IMG/VR virus record: IMGVR_UViG_3300009181_007093
Length of the DNA: 64,000 nucleotides
Direction: 5' to 3' (one strand)
DNA from: a virus
Below are positions 1 through 9,654 of the stretch, one piece after another. The notes under the pieces are model-generated. The model was not told where the DNA came from and did no database searches. It worked only from the letters and a program-made list of their open reading frames with translations. How positions within the stretch are numbered: the first letter of the stretch is position 1; each line of letters begins with the position of its first letter. Both the position numbers and the translations under genes were made by a program.

Positions 1-345
1 TGGGTTGTAATAAATTTTAGGATAGTGATAAACTGGCTCTAGTCCGTATGCACACTGTGTTGCCTCTATTATGTTTCTTCTCTTATTGCCTTCTTTCAAG
101 AAGCAGTTTGGAGTGAAAAGATTTTTTAACCAATCAATTGGAGAATCTTCTTTTTCACCTTTTAAAAAAGAATTTCTTTCCCATAAAAAACTTTTAATTC
201 CCTCGTTTCTATATGCATTATGTTTCGACAAGTAACAATTTATTCCATGGGAATTGCAAAGCTCAGGAATCATACTGATCGATAAATTATCTCCAAGACC
301 ACCATAGATTTGAAATAAAACTATGTCTTTTACTGATTGAGTCAT
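1..345 (-). CDS. Partial (runs off window) putative glycosyltransferase-like protein
   Basis: Not in ORF track. ATG at 345 overlaps the TGA of the upstream gene (ATGA). Translates MTQSVKDIVLFQIYGGLGDNLSISMIPELC..., open to position 1. N-terminal GGLGD motif is typical of GT-B (GT9/GT11-like) enzymes. Confidence 0.5.
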   Translation of the reverse strand, partial: MTQSVKDIVLFQIYGGLGDNLSISMIPELCNSHGINCYLSKHNAYRNEGIKSFLWERNSFLKGEKEDSPIDWLKNLFTPNCFLKEGNKRRNIIEATQCAYGLEPVYHYPKIYYNP

Positions 346-602
346 GTAGAACTGTTGTGCTTCTTTAAAATTTTCTTTGCTTTTTCCAACAAGCCAGAAT
401 TATCCAGATCCTTGCACTGGCTACAAACTTCGCTGGGTAGTGCAAGCGGAGGTTCTGGAAAAGCTTCTGTGGGAACTCCACAATGAATACAGTAATAGTA
501 ATACGGAGATCCTGCATGGAGACCGTTATTGTCGACTTTTTTTATATTCTCTCCGTAAAAATATCTGCGAACAAACTGGTCAAAAACCTTTATGTTTTCC
601 AT
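342..602 (-). CDS. Hypothetical zinc-binding protein
   Basis: CIHC...CSQC cysteine pairs; overlaps both neighbours. Confidence 0.55.
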   Translation of the reverse strand: MENIKVFDQFVRRYFYGENIKKVDNNGLHAGSPYYYYCIHCGVPTEAFPEPPLALPSEVCSQCKDLDNSGLLEKAKKILKKHNSST

Positions 603-841
603 TTCTCTTTTTCTTTATCTAAATTTTTGAAATTTTTAAGCACTTCATAGATTAGTTTTACTCCTGAAGAACCTAAATTGTCTATTTTAGATATTTCTGC
701 TTCACTGACCGCAAGTAGATCTTTTATATAAATTAATTTATATTTAGATTCCTCTAAAGCGTTTATAATTCGTAGAGGCAATCCGATATACTCTAATTCA
801 GCAATTGGTACATCTGAATCACTTTTTCTAATTTTTGACAT
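590..841 (-). CDS. Stand-alone RNA polymerase alpha-subunit C-terminal domain-like protein
   Basis: IAELEYIGLPLRIINALEE...IKDLLAVSEAEISKIDNLGSSGVKLI matches the alpha-CTD pattern I.EL.L..R..N.L....I..L.DL...E.EL..I.NLG.KS..EI. Confidence 0.75.
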   Translation of the reverse strand: MSKIRKSDSDVPIAELEYIGLPLRIINALEESKYKLIYIKDLLAVSEAEISKIDNLGSSGVKLIYEVLKNFKNLDKEKEKWKT

Positions 842-855
842 ATCAGCACCATGAA

Positions 856-1173
856 CTATTGGTGTAAAACATTTCTTTTTATGCCAATTGCCCTCGACAA
901 TTTTTGAGCTTTAACAGCATAAAAATTCTGTGGTGTATTCTCTTCTTCCATTTTATTCATGTGAGAAGAAATGTTTTCCCATTGCTTATCGTCTAATTGG
1001 TCTACAAGGTGAACCATAGAGTTAGAAAGTTTATATGCCAAAGCAATAAGCTGTTTGTCAGCAGTTCCAGATTTAAGAATTAAATCACCTAGTCTAACTG
1101 CAACATTTACTTCGATGCTGATATTACAACGCAAGTCAACTTCAAACGGGCTTTCAAAAGAATTTTCAATCAT
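856..1173 (-). CDS. Hypothetical protein
   Basis: Start moved to ATG 1173 (MIENSFE), preceded by GGAGATATATAAT. Confidence 0.6.
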   Translation of the reverse strand: MIENSFESPFEVDLRCNISIEVNVAVRLGDLILKSGTADKQLIALAYKLSNSMVHLVDQLDDKQWENISSHMNKMEEENTPQNFYAVKAQKLSRAIGIKRNVLHQ

Positions 1174-1248
1174 ATTATATATCTCCAAGGTAGCAACAAA
1201 ACACAAAACACAAAACACAATTCAATTTTCTGTCGTATAAGAACTGAT

Positions 1249-1833
1249 TTAACCAACATTTTGTTGGCGGATTAATTTTATTTCCCTTCTCATCTTATCG
1301 TACAAAGCCATTCTAGTCTTTTTATTTTTTTTTGCAAGGAAGGCAATAGTTTTTCCTTTAATGTAAAAATCTTTAAGTATTTTTTTATCCTTTATGTTCT
1401 GTTTGGTATCGCAGCAATTGTCTTCTAGAAGCTTAGACAGCAAGGTACAGTCGGACAAGTGGGCTGGTAATTTTTCTTGGTTTTTGTAACTTTTGTCCTC
1501 AATATCAGGAACACCATATGCGGAAAGCGTTTCCATGCTAACAGTATTTTTTGAAAAACGCTTTTTTCTTTTTATGTATCTTAAGTATTGTATTGCTTTG
1601 TTGAACAAGTGATTTGATGCATATTTGTTAAAAAGGCCTAAATTTGGATTATATTTTCCGATGCACAGTAGCAGCTCATGACAAAGTACACTAAAAATCT
1701 CAGAATCTTTTACTTCCTCTTTTGTATTTTTAAATTTAATAGATATTGCGGTAACCAAATACATATAATCTGCCACAACTGGTTTCTCTGTGGCATGCTT
1801 TTTTGGAAGAAATTTTTTATTTTGACTACTCAT
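1249..1833 (-). CDS. Sigma70-family RNA polymerase sigma factor (divergent; regions 2 and 4)
   Basis: Region 2-like KYNPNLGLFNKYASNHLFNKAIQYLR and region 4-like DKKILKDFYIKGKTIAFLAKK...REIKLIR. Confidence 0.7.
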   Translation of the reverse strand: MSSQNKKFLPKKHATEKPVVADYMYLVTAISIKFKNTKEEVKDSEIFSVLCHELLLCIGKYNPNLGLFNKYASNHLFNKAIQYLRYIKRKKRFSKNTVSMETLSAYGVPDIEDKSYKNQEKLPAHLSDCTLLSKLLEDNCCDTKQNIKDKKILKDFYIKGKTIAFLAKKNKKTRMALYDKMRREIKLIRQQNVG

Positions 1834-2566
1834 TGATTAGCTTTTTTTCCATGTGGAACTTAATATCATTAAAACTCCACGGTGTTCCAAATGGAACTTC
1901 CTCTCTTATATTATCCACTCCAACATCTAACGTAAGATTATTCTTCAAAAACAAAGTTTGCATTGATTTAACAAAAATATCAACTTTTTCTGGTTCTACT
2001 TTGAATTCTGTTAAATCTTCTATCCTGCTCTTAATAGTTTCTTTTTCTTCCAAGCTGAGGACGCAATCATCTTGTTGTTTTAATTTGTTATGTACGTGTC
2101 CATACAACATCCAAGAACCATAATTTGAACTAGGCCAAGATCTACAAGGATAGTGACTCGTAAAAATATTTTGCTTTTCTATATAAAAAACATGGTGGTC
2201 ATAAATAGCTTTAAAAAAAGAAGATAGAACTTTTCTATTATCATGGTTTCCGAAAATAAGATATATATTCTTGCAATTTATCCTGTCAAAGAAGTCTGCG
2301 ACGTCTTTTTTTGTTGTGCTGCTCCAACAAAAATCCCCTAAAATAACTAAATTATCGTCAGAAGCAACGGTGTTGTTTGTTGATTCAATTATGCAGTTGT
2401 TCATCTTTTTAACTGCGTCTTGATCTATTGTAACGCTCTTTAACGATATACACCCTTTTTTAGCAAGAGAAATAGTTGCTTTTTCGTATTCTGTAAGAAA
2501 AGGTCGATTGCAATACTTTATTATGTTTATATGGTTAAGATGCCAATCGGCTGTAAAATGCCACAT
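1826..2566 (-). CDS. Calcineurin-like metallophosphoesterase
   Basis: Motifs ADWHLNH, LGDF, GNHD, SHYP, YGHVH, DVGVD. Confidence 0.9.
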   Translation of the reverse strand: MWHFTADWHLNHINIIKYCNRPFLTEYEKATISLAKKGCISLKSVTIDQDAVKKMNNCIIESTNNTVASDDNLVILGDFCWSSTTKKDVADFFDRINCKNIYLIFGNHDNRKVLSSFFKAIYDHHVFYIEKQNIFTSHYPCRSWPSSNYGSWMLYGHVHNKLKQQDDCVLSLEEKETIKSRIEDLTEFKVEPEKVDIFVKSMQTLFLKNNLTLDVGVDNIREEVPFGTPWSFNDIKFHMEKKLINE

Positions 2567-2630
2567 TTATAGTCTGTTCAAAAGTTATTGAATTGCAAAC
2601 AAACCCAGTTAATCAAAGGTTTGCTACTTC

Positions 2631-2659
2631 ATTATACCATGAATTACCACTATTGTCAA
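2631..2659 (-). promoter_or_regulatory. sigma70-type promoter TTGACA-17-TATAAT
   Basis: Minus strand reads TTGACAatagtggtaattcatggTATAAT; perfect consensus with extended TG, upstream of the phosphoesterase/sigma cluster. Confidence 0.8.
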
Positions 2660-2671
2660 ATAGCAACCCGA

Positions 2672-3325
2672 TTATCCGCACAAATATGGTATTTTAGTGG
2701 GCTTTTCGACAAACTTTGGCATACGGAGTACAGAATTAATCTCTGTTTTGTCGGAGTTTTTGAACTCTTCATGCCATCCATGTTTTGCAATACAAACAGT
2801 TGGGATAGGAAGATTTCCAACAAAATGGGTGAATCCAAGCATGAAACGGATAACAGCAGCTTTTGTATCTCTTAGATGAAAATTTTCTTTAAATTCTTCT
2901 CCAAATAAAGATTCTTCAAAATTATCATGATCATGAGAATAGTTTATTGTTGATCTAACTAATAATGTTAGCAATGATTTTTTTATAGGACAGTCTAACC
3001 AGAAATTAGATGGTTCTATCCACAAAACGCTTGAGTGAGACGTTTTCGCAAAGTTAGAATTTTTAAACTTATTTACATGACTACAAAGAATAACGTCTTC
3101 AAATTTTTTTAAAAAGTTCGCCACTGAGGCTTCTTTTTTAACTTCATGACAAAAGAAAAACCCTTTTGATTTATTATTTTTGTAATCAAATTTAGCAGAA
3201 AATTGTTCTCTACAATAGTCCCATTGTAAAGAACAATTTTCTTTATCTTCTAATGCAAAGCTTCCAATAATAGGCGTACTGTAATGCGATTTATATTGCT
3301 TGAAATCAAATTTTTGGCGAATCAT
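2672..3325 (-). CDS. Hypothetical protein, paralog of 28432..29040
   Basis: Shares WxYCRxxF, FFFxH, WIxPSxxW, SLxTxLxR, AVxRFxxGxTxxVG and GWxExF motifs with 28432..29040. Confidence 0.75.
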   Translation of the reverse strand: MIRQKFDFKQYKSHYSTPIIGSFALEDKENCSLQWDYCREQFSAKFDYKNNKSKGFFFCHEVKKEASVANFLKKFEDVILCSHVNKFKNSNFAKTSHSSVLWIEPSNFWLDCPIKKSLLTLLVRSTINYSHDHDNFEESLFGEEFKENFHLRDTKAAVIRFMLGFTHFVGNLPIPTVCIAKHGWHEEFKNSDKTEINSVLRMPKFVEKPTKIPYLCG

Positions 3326-3331
3326 ATATTA

Positions 3332-3559
3332 TCAAATATTTTTAAATCTAATCCATTTTGAGTCTTCTTCAGACCAAACAATAGGAAATCCTTTTGGTAT
3401 AGTGTCTAAAATATCAAAAAGTTCTGTTTCTGTTTTTGAACGCTCAACAGATCTTTGAAAAATTAAAGGATGAACAGAAGCATATCTTTCTTTCAATTTG
3501 TTTATAATTTTTTCGTCCATCGATGCTCTTAAAGTTTTTGTAAGCAGGATCTTCTCCAA
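3332..3559 (-). CDS. Hypothetical protein (start may be ATG 3520)
   Basis: Fills the gap between neighbours in the operon. Confidence 0.55.
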   Translation of the reverse strand: MEKILLTKTLRASMDEKIINKLKERYASVHPLIFQRSVERSKTETELFDILDTIPKGFPIVWSEEDSKWIRFKNI

Positions 3560-3783
3560 ATATAACAGAACAAAACTCCACCCAATACAGACATAATAAG
3601 TCCTGCTGGTTTAAATTGTGATCCGCCTGATATCATATAATTAACAAGTCCTCCTATAAAAGAACCTGCAACGCCTATTAAGAGCGTTGGCAAAAAACCT
3701 ACAGGCTCATTGCCTGGATGTGTAAATTTTGCTATCGCCCCAACTAACAATCCAAAAACCACCCAACACAATAACGCAATCAT
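3529..3783 (-). CDS. GlsB/YeaQ/YmgE family (transglycosylase-associated) membrane protein
   Basis: WVVFGLLVGAIAKF..PG....GFLPTLLIGVAGSFIGG...SVLGGV signature; ATG 3783 overlaps the upstream stop. Confidence 0.85.
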   Translation of the reverse strand: MIALLCWVVFGLLVGAIAKFTHPGNEPVGFLPTLLIGVAGSFIGGLVNYMISGGSQFKPAGLIMSVLGGVLFCYIWRRSCLQKL

Positions 3784-4688
3784 TTTGTCCTCCATTTTGG
3801 TGAAACTATTTCATAATATATATCAGGCACCTTATTCATATTTATTTCTCGGAATAAATCGGCTCTATATAAAGTGTGCTTATCTTCAAACTCTTTTAAA
3901 TTTTTAAATCCATATACCGCCTGTAATGCTGATTCTGCCGAATTTTTTTCTACAATCTTCAAGAATCCATGCAGCTTAACTTCGCCAAATTCTTTTCTAA
4001 GAAAAAGACAAAGCACTAAAGAACACTCATCAAACTCTTTCTTTTTATCTGCACTAAAAGCTTGATAATCATCATGCGATGTTTTAAAAACTTCTTCACA
4101 ACTAAAGAATACTTTGTTTAAAGAAGCTTCTCTCATGATTTTTTCTATATCGCCCATAGATGAGTTCATAATGCCAGCAGAATTTACAAACCACCAAGGA
4201 GTAGCAAATCCATTTTGCTCATCAAACTCTGCAAAACTTGCCATTGTTAACAAGCCCGTAATTTCGCTGAACCCATCGTTGTTTAATACCATCCAAATTA
4301 CTGATATCTCTAATTCTCCATCTTTTTTCCTAACCTCTATTTTTGAACTATCTAAGCCAAAAAGTTTTTTTAGTAAACTATGATTTGGAACACAGAATAC
4401 ACGGCATTCTTTTGAAAATTTTGTTTTTGGAAAGCCCCATCTAGAAGTACACCAATAATTATATAATTCTATTCGATCTGAAAGAAGAATTCCTTGTTTG
4501 TTGTCTATGCTTAAGATAACAAAGTTGTTGTTAGCGTAACGATTCCATTCTAAAGACTTTAATTCTGGGTCGTCTTTCAAATTATCTTGTTTAAAGTCAA
4601 CAGGATAAGTAATTTCGCTTCCTGTTAAATTGTTGCAAGCAATTAAATAAATGAACATTCCAAATATAATGATTATAGTTTTCAGCAT
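3780..4688 (-). CDS. Hypothetical exported protein
   Basis: 302 aa; hydrophobic N-terminal signal ending LIAC. Confidence 0.65.
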   Translation of the reverse strand: MLKTIIIIFGMFIYLIACNNLTGSEITYPVDFKQDNLKDDPELKSLEWNRYANNNFVILSIDNKQGILLSDRIELYNYWCTSRWGFPKTKFSKECRVFCVPNHSLLKKLFGLDSSKIEVRKKDGELEISVIWMVLNNDGFSEITGLLTMASFAEFDEQNGFATPWWFVNSAGIMNSSMGDIEKIMREASLNKVFFSCEEVFKTSHDDYQAFSADKKKEFDECSLVLCLFLRKEFGEVKLHGFLKIVEKNSAESALQAVYGFKNLKEFEDKHTLYRADLFREINMNKVPDIYYEIVSPKWRTK

Positions 4689-4733
4689 AGTTTAGTGCCT
4701 TAAATAGGGTTTTCCGAATTTTTACAAGTTATT

Positions 4734-4762
4734 ATTATAACAGTAATAACAACTATTGTCAA
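4734..4762 (-). promoter_or_regulatory. sigma70-type promoter TTGACA-17-TATAAT
   Basis: Minus strand TTGACAatagttgttattactgtTATAAT, perfect consensus. Confidence 0.8.
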
Positions 4763-4773
4763 CGATCATTGGC

Positions 4774-5025
4774 TCACAAGTCTTTTAGACCTTTGGATTC
4801 TTCATGAATTCTTCTAGACGTTTCTTTTAATTCTTCTTCGTATTTTTTATCCCAAGGTATTTCTTTTTTTTCATTCAAACTAATATTCTTATTATTTTTT
4901 ACTTCATAATCATAGTTTTTCTTATAGGATCTTACAATAAAAACACCTATAAAAAAAGTAAAAATAATGTTCAAAAAAGACACAACAAAAATACTGCCTA
5001 AAATAAAATATAGAAGAATATTCAT
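4774..5025 (-). CDS. Small membrane protein
   Basis: Start moved to ATG 5025 (MNILLYFILG) because TTGACA-17-TAGGAT at 5075..5103 occupies the longer ORF's 5' end; one TM segment. Confidence 0.6.
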   Translation of the reverse strand: MNILLYFILGSIFVVSFLNIIFTFFIGVFIVRSYKKNYDYEVKNNKNISLNEKKEIPWDKKYEEELKETSRRIHEESKGLKDL

Positions 5026-5107
5026 TAAAATGCCTGTAATTGTTAAATTTCCATCATAATAGTTATTGGTAATAATCCTAGCATATATGAAACTATTTGT
5101 CAAAATT

Positions 5108-7714
5108 TTAGCTCTTCAAAGACCTTAAATCTTGTTTCGTGTTTGAAAAAGAAGAATTGTCCTTAGAAATTCTAATTCTTATTAATGGATTTTTTTTCCA
5201 ATCAGACAAAGTAAACATTCCGATATTATCAGACAATACAACCTCTTCATTTACCTCTACCATGTCATTTATAACATTTTTTGTTTTTGTGTTCAAGGCG
5301 AAAGAAAATTCTTTATAAAAATTACTTATTTTTTTACATAAATTTTCTGCTGGGAAAAATGCATGTACTATGCTGTCTTCGTCCTTGCCTGTGTCCAAAA
5401 AGTAGCGATTCATTAAAATAGAAAACTTCCACAAAAAATTGTCAGAAGAATTACCAGAAGAAGTGCAAGCCCATTTAAACGTAAAACTCCACCTTTCTTC
5501 TGAAGCTGAACCAGATCCTACTACGCTATAATTTGAAGTCCAACATTCTGTTACTTTGCTATAATGCATTGCAAAATAATTTGGTAAAATAATTTTGTTA
5601 TTTAACGAAAAGTTATAAAACGCACCAACATTTAAATTGTGCGACACATAGAGTACAGCCGGAATAGCCGTGCAAATTCCGCATGCAGTAATAGATCTAG
5701 AAGCTGGCTGCAAAACTGTAACAACCGATGTAAAAGTAAAAACAACAGTTGCCGTGAGCAATGCTTCTTTTGTCATTACAAAACTTGTTAGGCTATCTAT
5801 TCTATCAATATATGTTTCTGTAGGCAAAACAGATTCTTGAATAATTGATCCAAAAGGACCCATCGAACTTGTTGTGATACGCATGCCAACCTTAAGATTA
5901 AGTGTTGATGAAATGGTAGCAATCTTGCTTCCTTTTGTAGTATTGCCAGAAAGAATTACAACAGTAGGTGGTGGATCTGTTTGCCCTGAGTTTCTATCAT
6001 AATCATTAAGACGAGAAATGTTAGCATATGAAATCCACGCCCTTGCTTTCATTTTAACAATATAAGGATCTTTAGGTATGCAACCTGCACATAAAGAGTA
6101 GTCAGAAGCACCACTGGCTACAAGAGCCGGTTCATGGTAACACAATCTTTGACATCTTGGGCTAATTTCATCAATTTGTGTGTGATAAACACCAAAATAT
6201 GAATCCGCTTGTGCTTTGGAAGGGAACGGCCAATACACACCATTCTCCCACTGCTGGAATGCGGGTTCATAAAAGTTATGATACCAAAAACCCATTGGAG
6301 CAATGCTTGGGTCTAAAGTATCTTTTCGCACACTTTGCTCATAATTTAATATTGTTATCACCTCACCAAATTCTTCGTTATAGCTCCCATTGTTCCAAGC
6401 AATCTCAATGTAGCCTGTTGAATTCTCAACAGTTGACCCAGAAGAAACAGCGTTTGTAAATGGAAATTCTATAAGATCTGTGAAAGAAAAAATTCCGGAG
6501 TTAGACACAACAAAAGTCTGAAATGGTGTATCGCCGTACTCTTGGCTTCTTATAAAAATTGTACCTACAATGGTTCCAGCTATAATTGGGAAATGACCAG
6601 TATTGTATTTATAAACTCCATCTGAGACTTCAAATTCGGTGGCAGTTTCATTTAGAATTAGTCTAGAACTAATATTATCATCTTGATGGCTTCTGTCTGG
6701 GTGATGACAACTATAACCACTAGAAACAAATTGAAAAGTTTTTTCTCTTTCATATAAAGATAAAGATTCCTCGAACTCTAAACCAATAGAACTCACTATG
6801 CCTCCAGAGGCAACAATTGAGCCTGATATGGTGTATTCTAGTGTTGAAAAAGCCACACAAGGAGATCTACTGCCTCCCAATGAGTGAGCTGATCCATCTG
6901 CCGATGGTACGAGATTAGTTGTTCCAGGCACATCACTAAAAATAATTCGTTCTTCTGAAATTAGAAAAGATAAAGATTGATCATTTGTGTATCCTGTCCC
7001 TCCATTCGATATATACAAACTAGCAAGAAAAGGTTCCTCAGTGGAAAATACTGCATAACCCACTAGTCCACTTCCACCGCCATATACAGTTGCGTGTGCC
7101 GTTATCAAGCCAAAAGAACTTTCACAGTCACAAGTAGAAGCACACCCAGAACCCACTATGTTAAAAACGCTAGAAACATAAACTCCCATTTTTGTTCTAA
7201 TAAGAACATTAGAATGTATATAAAATTCAATACACTCTGGAACTTCTTTCCAGTCTACTGGATTACATTCAATATCTTGGTTTGCCTGAGGACCGGTATA
7301 ATATGGTCCAGATGTTTCTATACTTATTATTTTCCAATTTGAGCCTTTTGCTACTGCCTCTCTAATAGTCTCTGTCGAAGATATCTGAAGGCAAACGTCT
7401 TGTGGAGATGTTGCTAATATCATTTGCATAAAACATTGATTGCAATTCAAGCAGTTCCACAAACTTCCATTTCCAAATGTACTTGAGTTTGAATCAATAG
7501 GTCTTGCATTTTGCCAGGTTTGTCCTGCGCTTATTACGCCTTTAATTTTGTACCAAACCAAGAATCCAGTACCTACGTGCCAAGAAATGTCTATATCTTT
7601 TACAAAGTTTCTCTCTACCAACCAAGATATATCTTGTTCTATAAACGCTATCTCCAGAGAACGCATTGTTCCAAATGATTCTTCGTTATAGCTTTCATCA
7701 GTTGATATTTGCAT
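5108..7714 (-). CDS. Large putative virion (tail/baseplate-associated) protein
   Basis: 868 aa, S/T/G-rich. Contains ISNGGTGYT and GNTTKGSKIATISSTLNLKVGMRIT...PTETYIDRID segments of the kind seen in large-phage tail proteins. CTATATATT motif upstream at 7744..7752. Confidence 0.6.
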   Translation of the reverse strand: MQISTDESYNEESFGTMRSLEIAFIEQDISWLVERNFVKDIDISWHVGTGFLVWYKIKGVISAGQTWQNARPIDSNSSTFGNGSLWNCLNCNQCFMQMILATSPQDVCLQISSTETIREAVAKGSNWKIISIETSGPYYTGPQANQDIECNPVDWKEVPECIEFYIHSNVLIRTKMGVYVSSVFNIVGSGCASTCDCESSFGLITAHATVYGGGSGLVGYAVFSTEEPFLASLYISNGGTGYTNDQSLSFLISEERIIFSDVPGTTNLVPSADGSAHSLGGSRSPCVAFSTLEYTISGSIVASGGIVSSIGLEFEESLSLYEREKTFQFVSSGYSCHHPDRSHQDDNISSRLILNETATEFEVSDGVYKYNTGHFPIIAGTIVGTIFIRSQEYGDTPFQTFVVSNSGIFSFTDLIEFPFTNAVSSGSTVENSTGYIEIAWNNGSYNEEFGEVITILNYEQSVRKDTLDPSIAPMGFWYHNFYEPAFQQWENGVYWPFPSKAQADSYFGVYHTQIDEISPRCQRLCYHEPALVASGASDYSLCAGCIPKDPYIVKMKARAWISYANISRLNDYDRNSGQTDPPPTVVILSGNTTKGSKIATISSTLNLKVGMRITTSSMGPFGSIIQESVLPTETYIDRIDSLTSFVMTKEALLTATVVFTFTSVVTVLQPASRSITACGICTAIPAVLYVSHNLNVGAFYNFSLNNKIILPNYFAMHYSKVTECWTSNYSVVGSGSASEERWSFTFKWACTSSGNSSDNFLWKFSILMNRYFLDTGKDEDSIVHAFFPAENLCKKISNFYKEFSFALNTKTKNVINDMVEVNEEVVLSDNIGMFTLSDWKKNPLIRIRISKDNSSFSNTKQDLRSLKS

Positions 7715-7785
7715 CTATTGCCTTGTACTTAATTATTTTCTATAATATATAGATAAAAAGTACAATTTAGAACTCACGAATCATA

Positions 7786-8526
7786 TTACTGCGACTCGCA
7801 ATTATCTTCTAATCTTTCTAAAATAGATGAAATTAAAGGGTGCCTTACTATAGAGCTTGGTTTAAAATGAATAATACCTATTCCATTTAGACCGTTTAGC
7901 TTCTCCACAACAGACATTAAGCCCTGATCCCTTCTCGGTATATCGCTTTGATTTGGATCACCGGTTATTATTACTTTGCTATTCTTTCCAAATCTAGTAA
8001 TAAACAATTTAATTTGAGAGAAAGTTGCATTTTGTGCTTCATCAAATATACAAACCGAGTTGTGCCATGTTCTACCTCGCAAATAAGCTATTGGTGCTAT
8101 TTCTATAGATTTATTTATAACCTCTCTTTGTGGGCTTTCTTTACCCATACATCTATTGATACAATCATACATTGGCATCATATATGGTGCCACTTTTTCT
8201 TCAAAGGTTCCAGGAAGGTAGCCCAAACTTTCTCCAGCCTCTACTACTGGTCTTGTAAGAATAATTTTTTCTTTTCTTCCGGCAAGTACTTCGCTCATTG
8301 CAAAGGCACAAGACAATTGGGTTTTCCCTACACCGGCTGGTCCCAATAAAAATAAAACATCATGTTTTTCAAAAAGTCCCCAAGCACTTTTTTGTTCTTC
8401 ATTAAAAAATTCAAAATGAAAAGATTGTTTACTATAGTTTGATTTTTCTACTTTTTTTTCATTTTGATTAGTTCTTTTTTCTGTTCTTCTTGTGCTTTGT
8501 CTTGTGCTTTGCCTTTTTTTTCTCAT
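7786..8526 (-). CDS. phoH: PhoH family ATPase
   Basis: GPAGVGKT, TRPVVEAGESLGYLPG, YLRGRT, DEAQN, GDPNQSD, VRHPLI. Confidence 0.97.
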   Translation of the reverse strand: MRKKRQSTRQSTRRTEKRTNQNEKKVEKSNYSKQSFHFEFFNEEQKSAWGLFEKHDVLFLLGPAGVGKTQLSCAFAMSEVLAGRKEKIILTRPVVEAGESLGYLPGTFEEKVAPYMMPMYDCINRCMGKESPQREVINKSIEIAPIAYLRGRTWHNSVCIFDEAQNATFSQIKLFITRFGKNSKVIITGDPNQSDIPRRDQGLMSVVEKLNGLNGIGIIHFKPSSIVRHPLISSILERLEDNCESQ

Positions 8527-8578
8527 TTTTCCTTTCTAAAAATCTAGAATATATAGACTAACAGATAATATATAATAT

Positions 8579-9049
8579 ATGGAAAACTTTAAAATATTTC
8601 TAGAGAAAACCGAAGAAGAAAGAAATGTTAATCAACTTATTGATAGCCTTCCAAAAAGCCATAAAAAACTATTAAATAAATACAAGTTCATTTATACTGG
8701 CGGCAACACTCTTAATGACGATAAGCAGCATGTAGGGTATATACATAAAAACAAAATTGTTGTAGCCGCTCCGTGGAACTATAGCCGAGAATTTACCACT
8801 TTGCATGAAATAGCACATCTTGTTTTCGAGAAATTGATGACTACTCAATTAAAGAAAGACTGGTCGAGTCTCGTTGAAAAAACGATATCAGAACAAATAA
8901 AAAACAACCCAAAAAACAAGAGTGCGTTAAAGCAGAATGATGAAGAAATATTCTGCATGGCGTATGCAGCCAATTATGCCAAACATGCGCCACAAACATA
9001 TACCAACAAAGAATGGCAAGAATTTATCAAAAACAAATTGCCTCAGTAA
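8579..9049 (+). CDS. Zincin-like (HExxH) metallopeptidase-domain protein
   Basis: TLHEIAHLV plus downstream EEIFC; N-terminus MENFKIFLE. Confidence 0.7.
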   Translation: MENFKIFLEKTEEERNVNQLIDSLPKSHKKLLNKYKFIYTGGNTLNDDKQHVGYIHKNKIVVAAPWNYSREFTTLHEIAHLVFEKLMTTQLKKDWSSLVEKTISEQIKNNPKNKSALKQNDEEIFCMAYAANYAKHAPQTYTNKEWQEFIKNKLPQ

Positions 9050-9157
9050 GTCCTTTTTGGATAAAAGAAATACCAATAATTAGATAAGCTATAAATTTCA
9101 AATATTTCGTAAATCAAAATACAGCTTTCCGTTATCACCACAAAGATACAAATAATT

Positions 9158-9619
9158 ATGAAAAAAATAAGACCTGCCATAAAATCAGATTATTCTGATA
9201 TTACCGAAATTGGAACAAAAAGTTATTGTAATCAATATTACGAAGGCGATGAAAGTTTCTTAAGCAAGATTGATGGATGCCCGGCGGGATGCTTTGTCGC
9301 GGATTTAGATGGAGTCGTTGGTTACGCAATATCATTTCCATATCTTGTGGGAAAGTCGTTTCCAATTGATTCATTTTTTGTTCTAGTTGAAAATCCAAAT
9401 TGCTTGTACATACACGACGTTTGTGTGGCAGAGGACTTCAGGGGCATGGGGATAGCACGAATGCTTGTCTCTAAAGTTATAGAAACAGGATGGAACGTTA
9501 TGTGCCTTACAGCAGTGCAGGGTTCGGAGGGGTTCTGGGAGCGGTTCGGGTTCCGATCCTTTTTTGAAACGAAATACTGCGGGAAGAGAGCCAGTTACAT
9601 GGTCTTCATAAAGAATTAA
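9158..9619 (+). CDS. GNAT family N-acetyltransferase
   Basis: YIHDVCVAEDFRGMGIA acetyl-CoA motif A; FWERFGF. Confidence 0.92.
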   Translation: MKKIRPAIKSDYSDITEIGTKSYCNQYYEGDESFLSKIDGCPAGCFVADLDGVVGYAISFPYLVGKSFPIDSFFVLVENPNCLYIHDVCVAEDFRGMGIARMLVSKVIETGWNVMCLTAVQGSEGFWERFGFRSFFETKYCGKRASYMVFIKN

Positions 9620-9654
9620 AGATGGACAATTTTTTACTCAAATACAACTTATAG

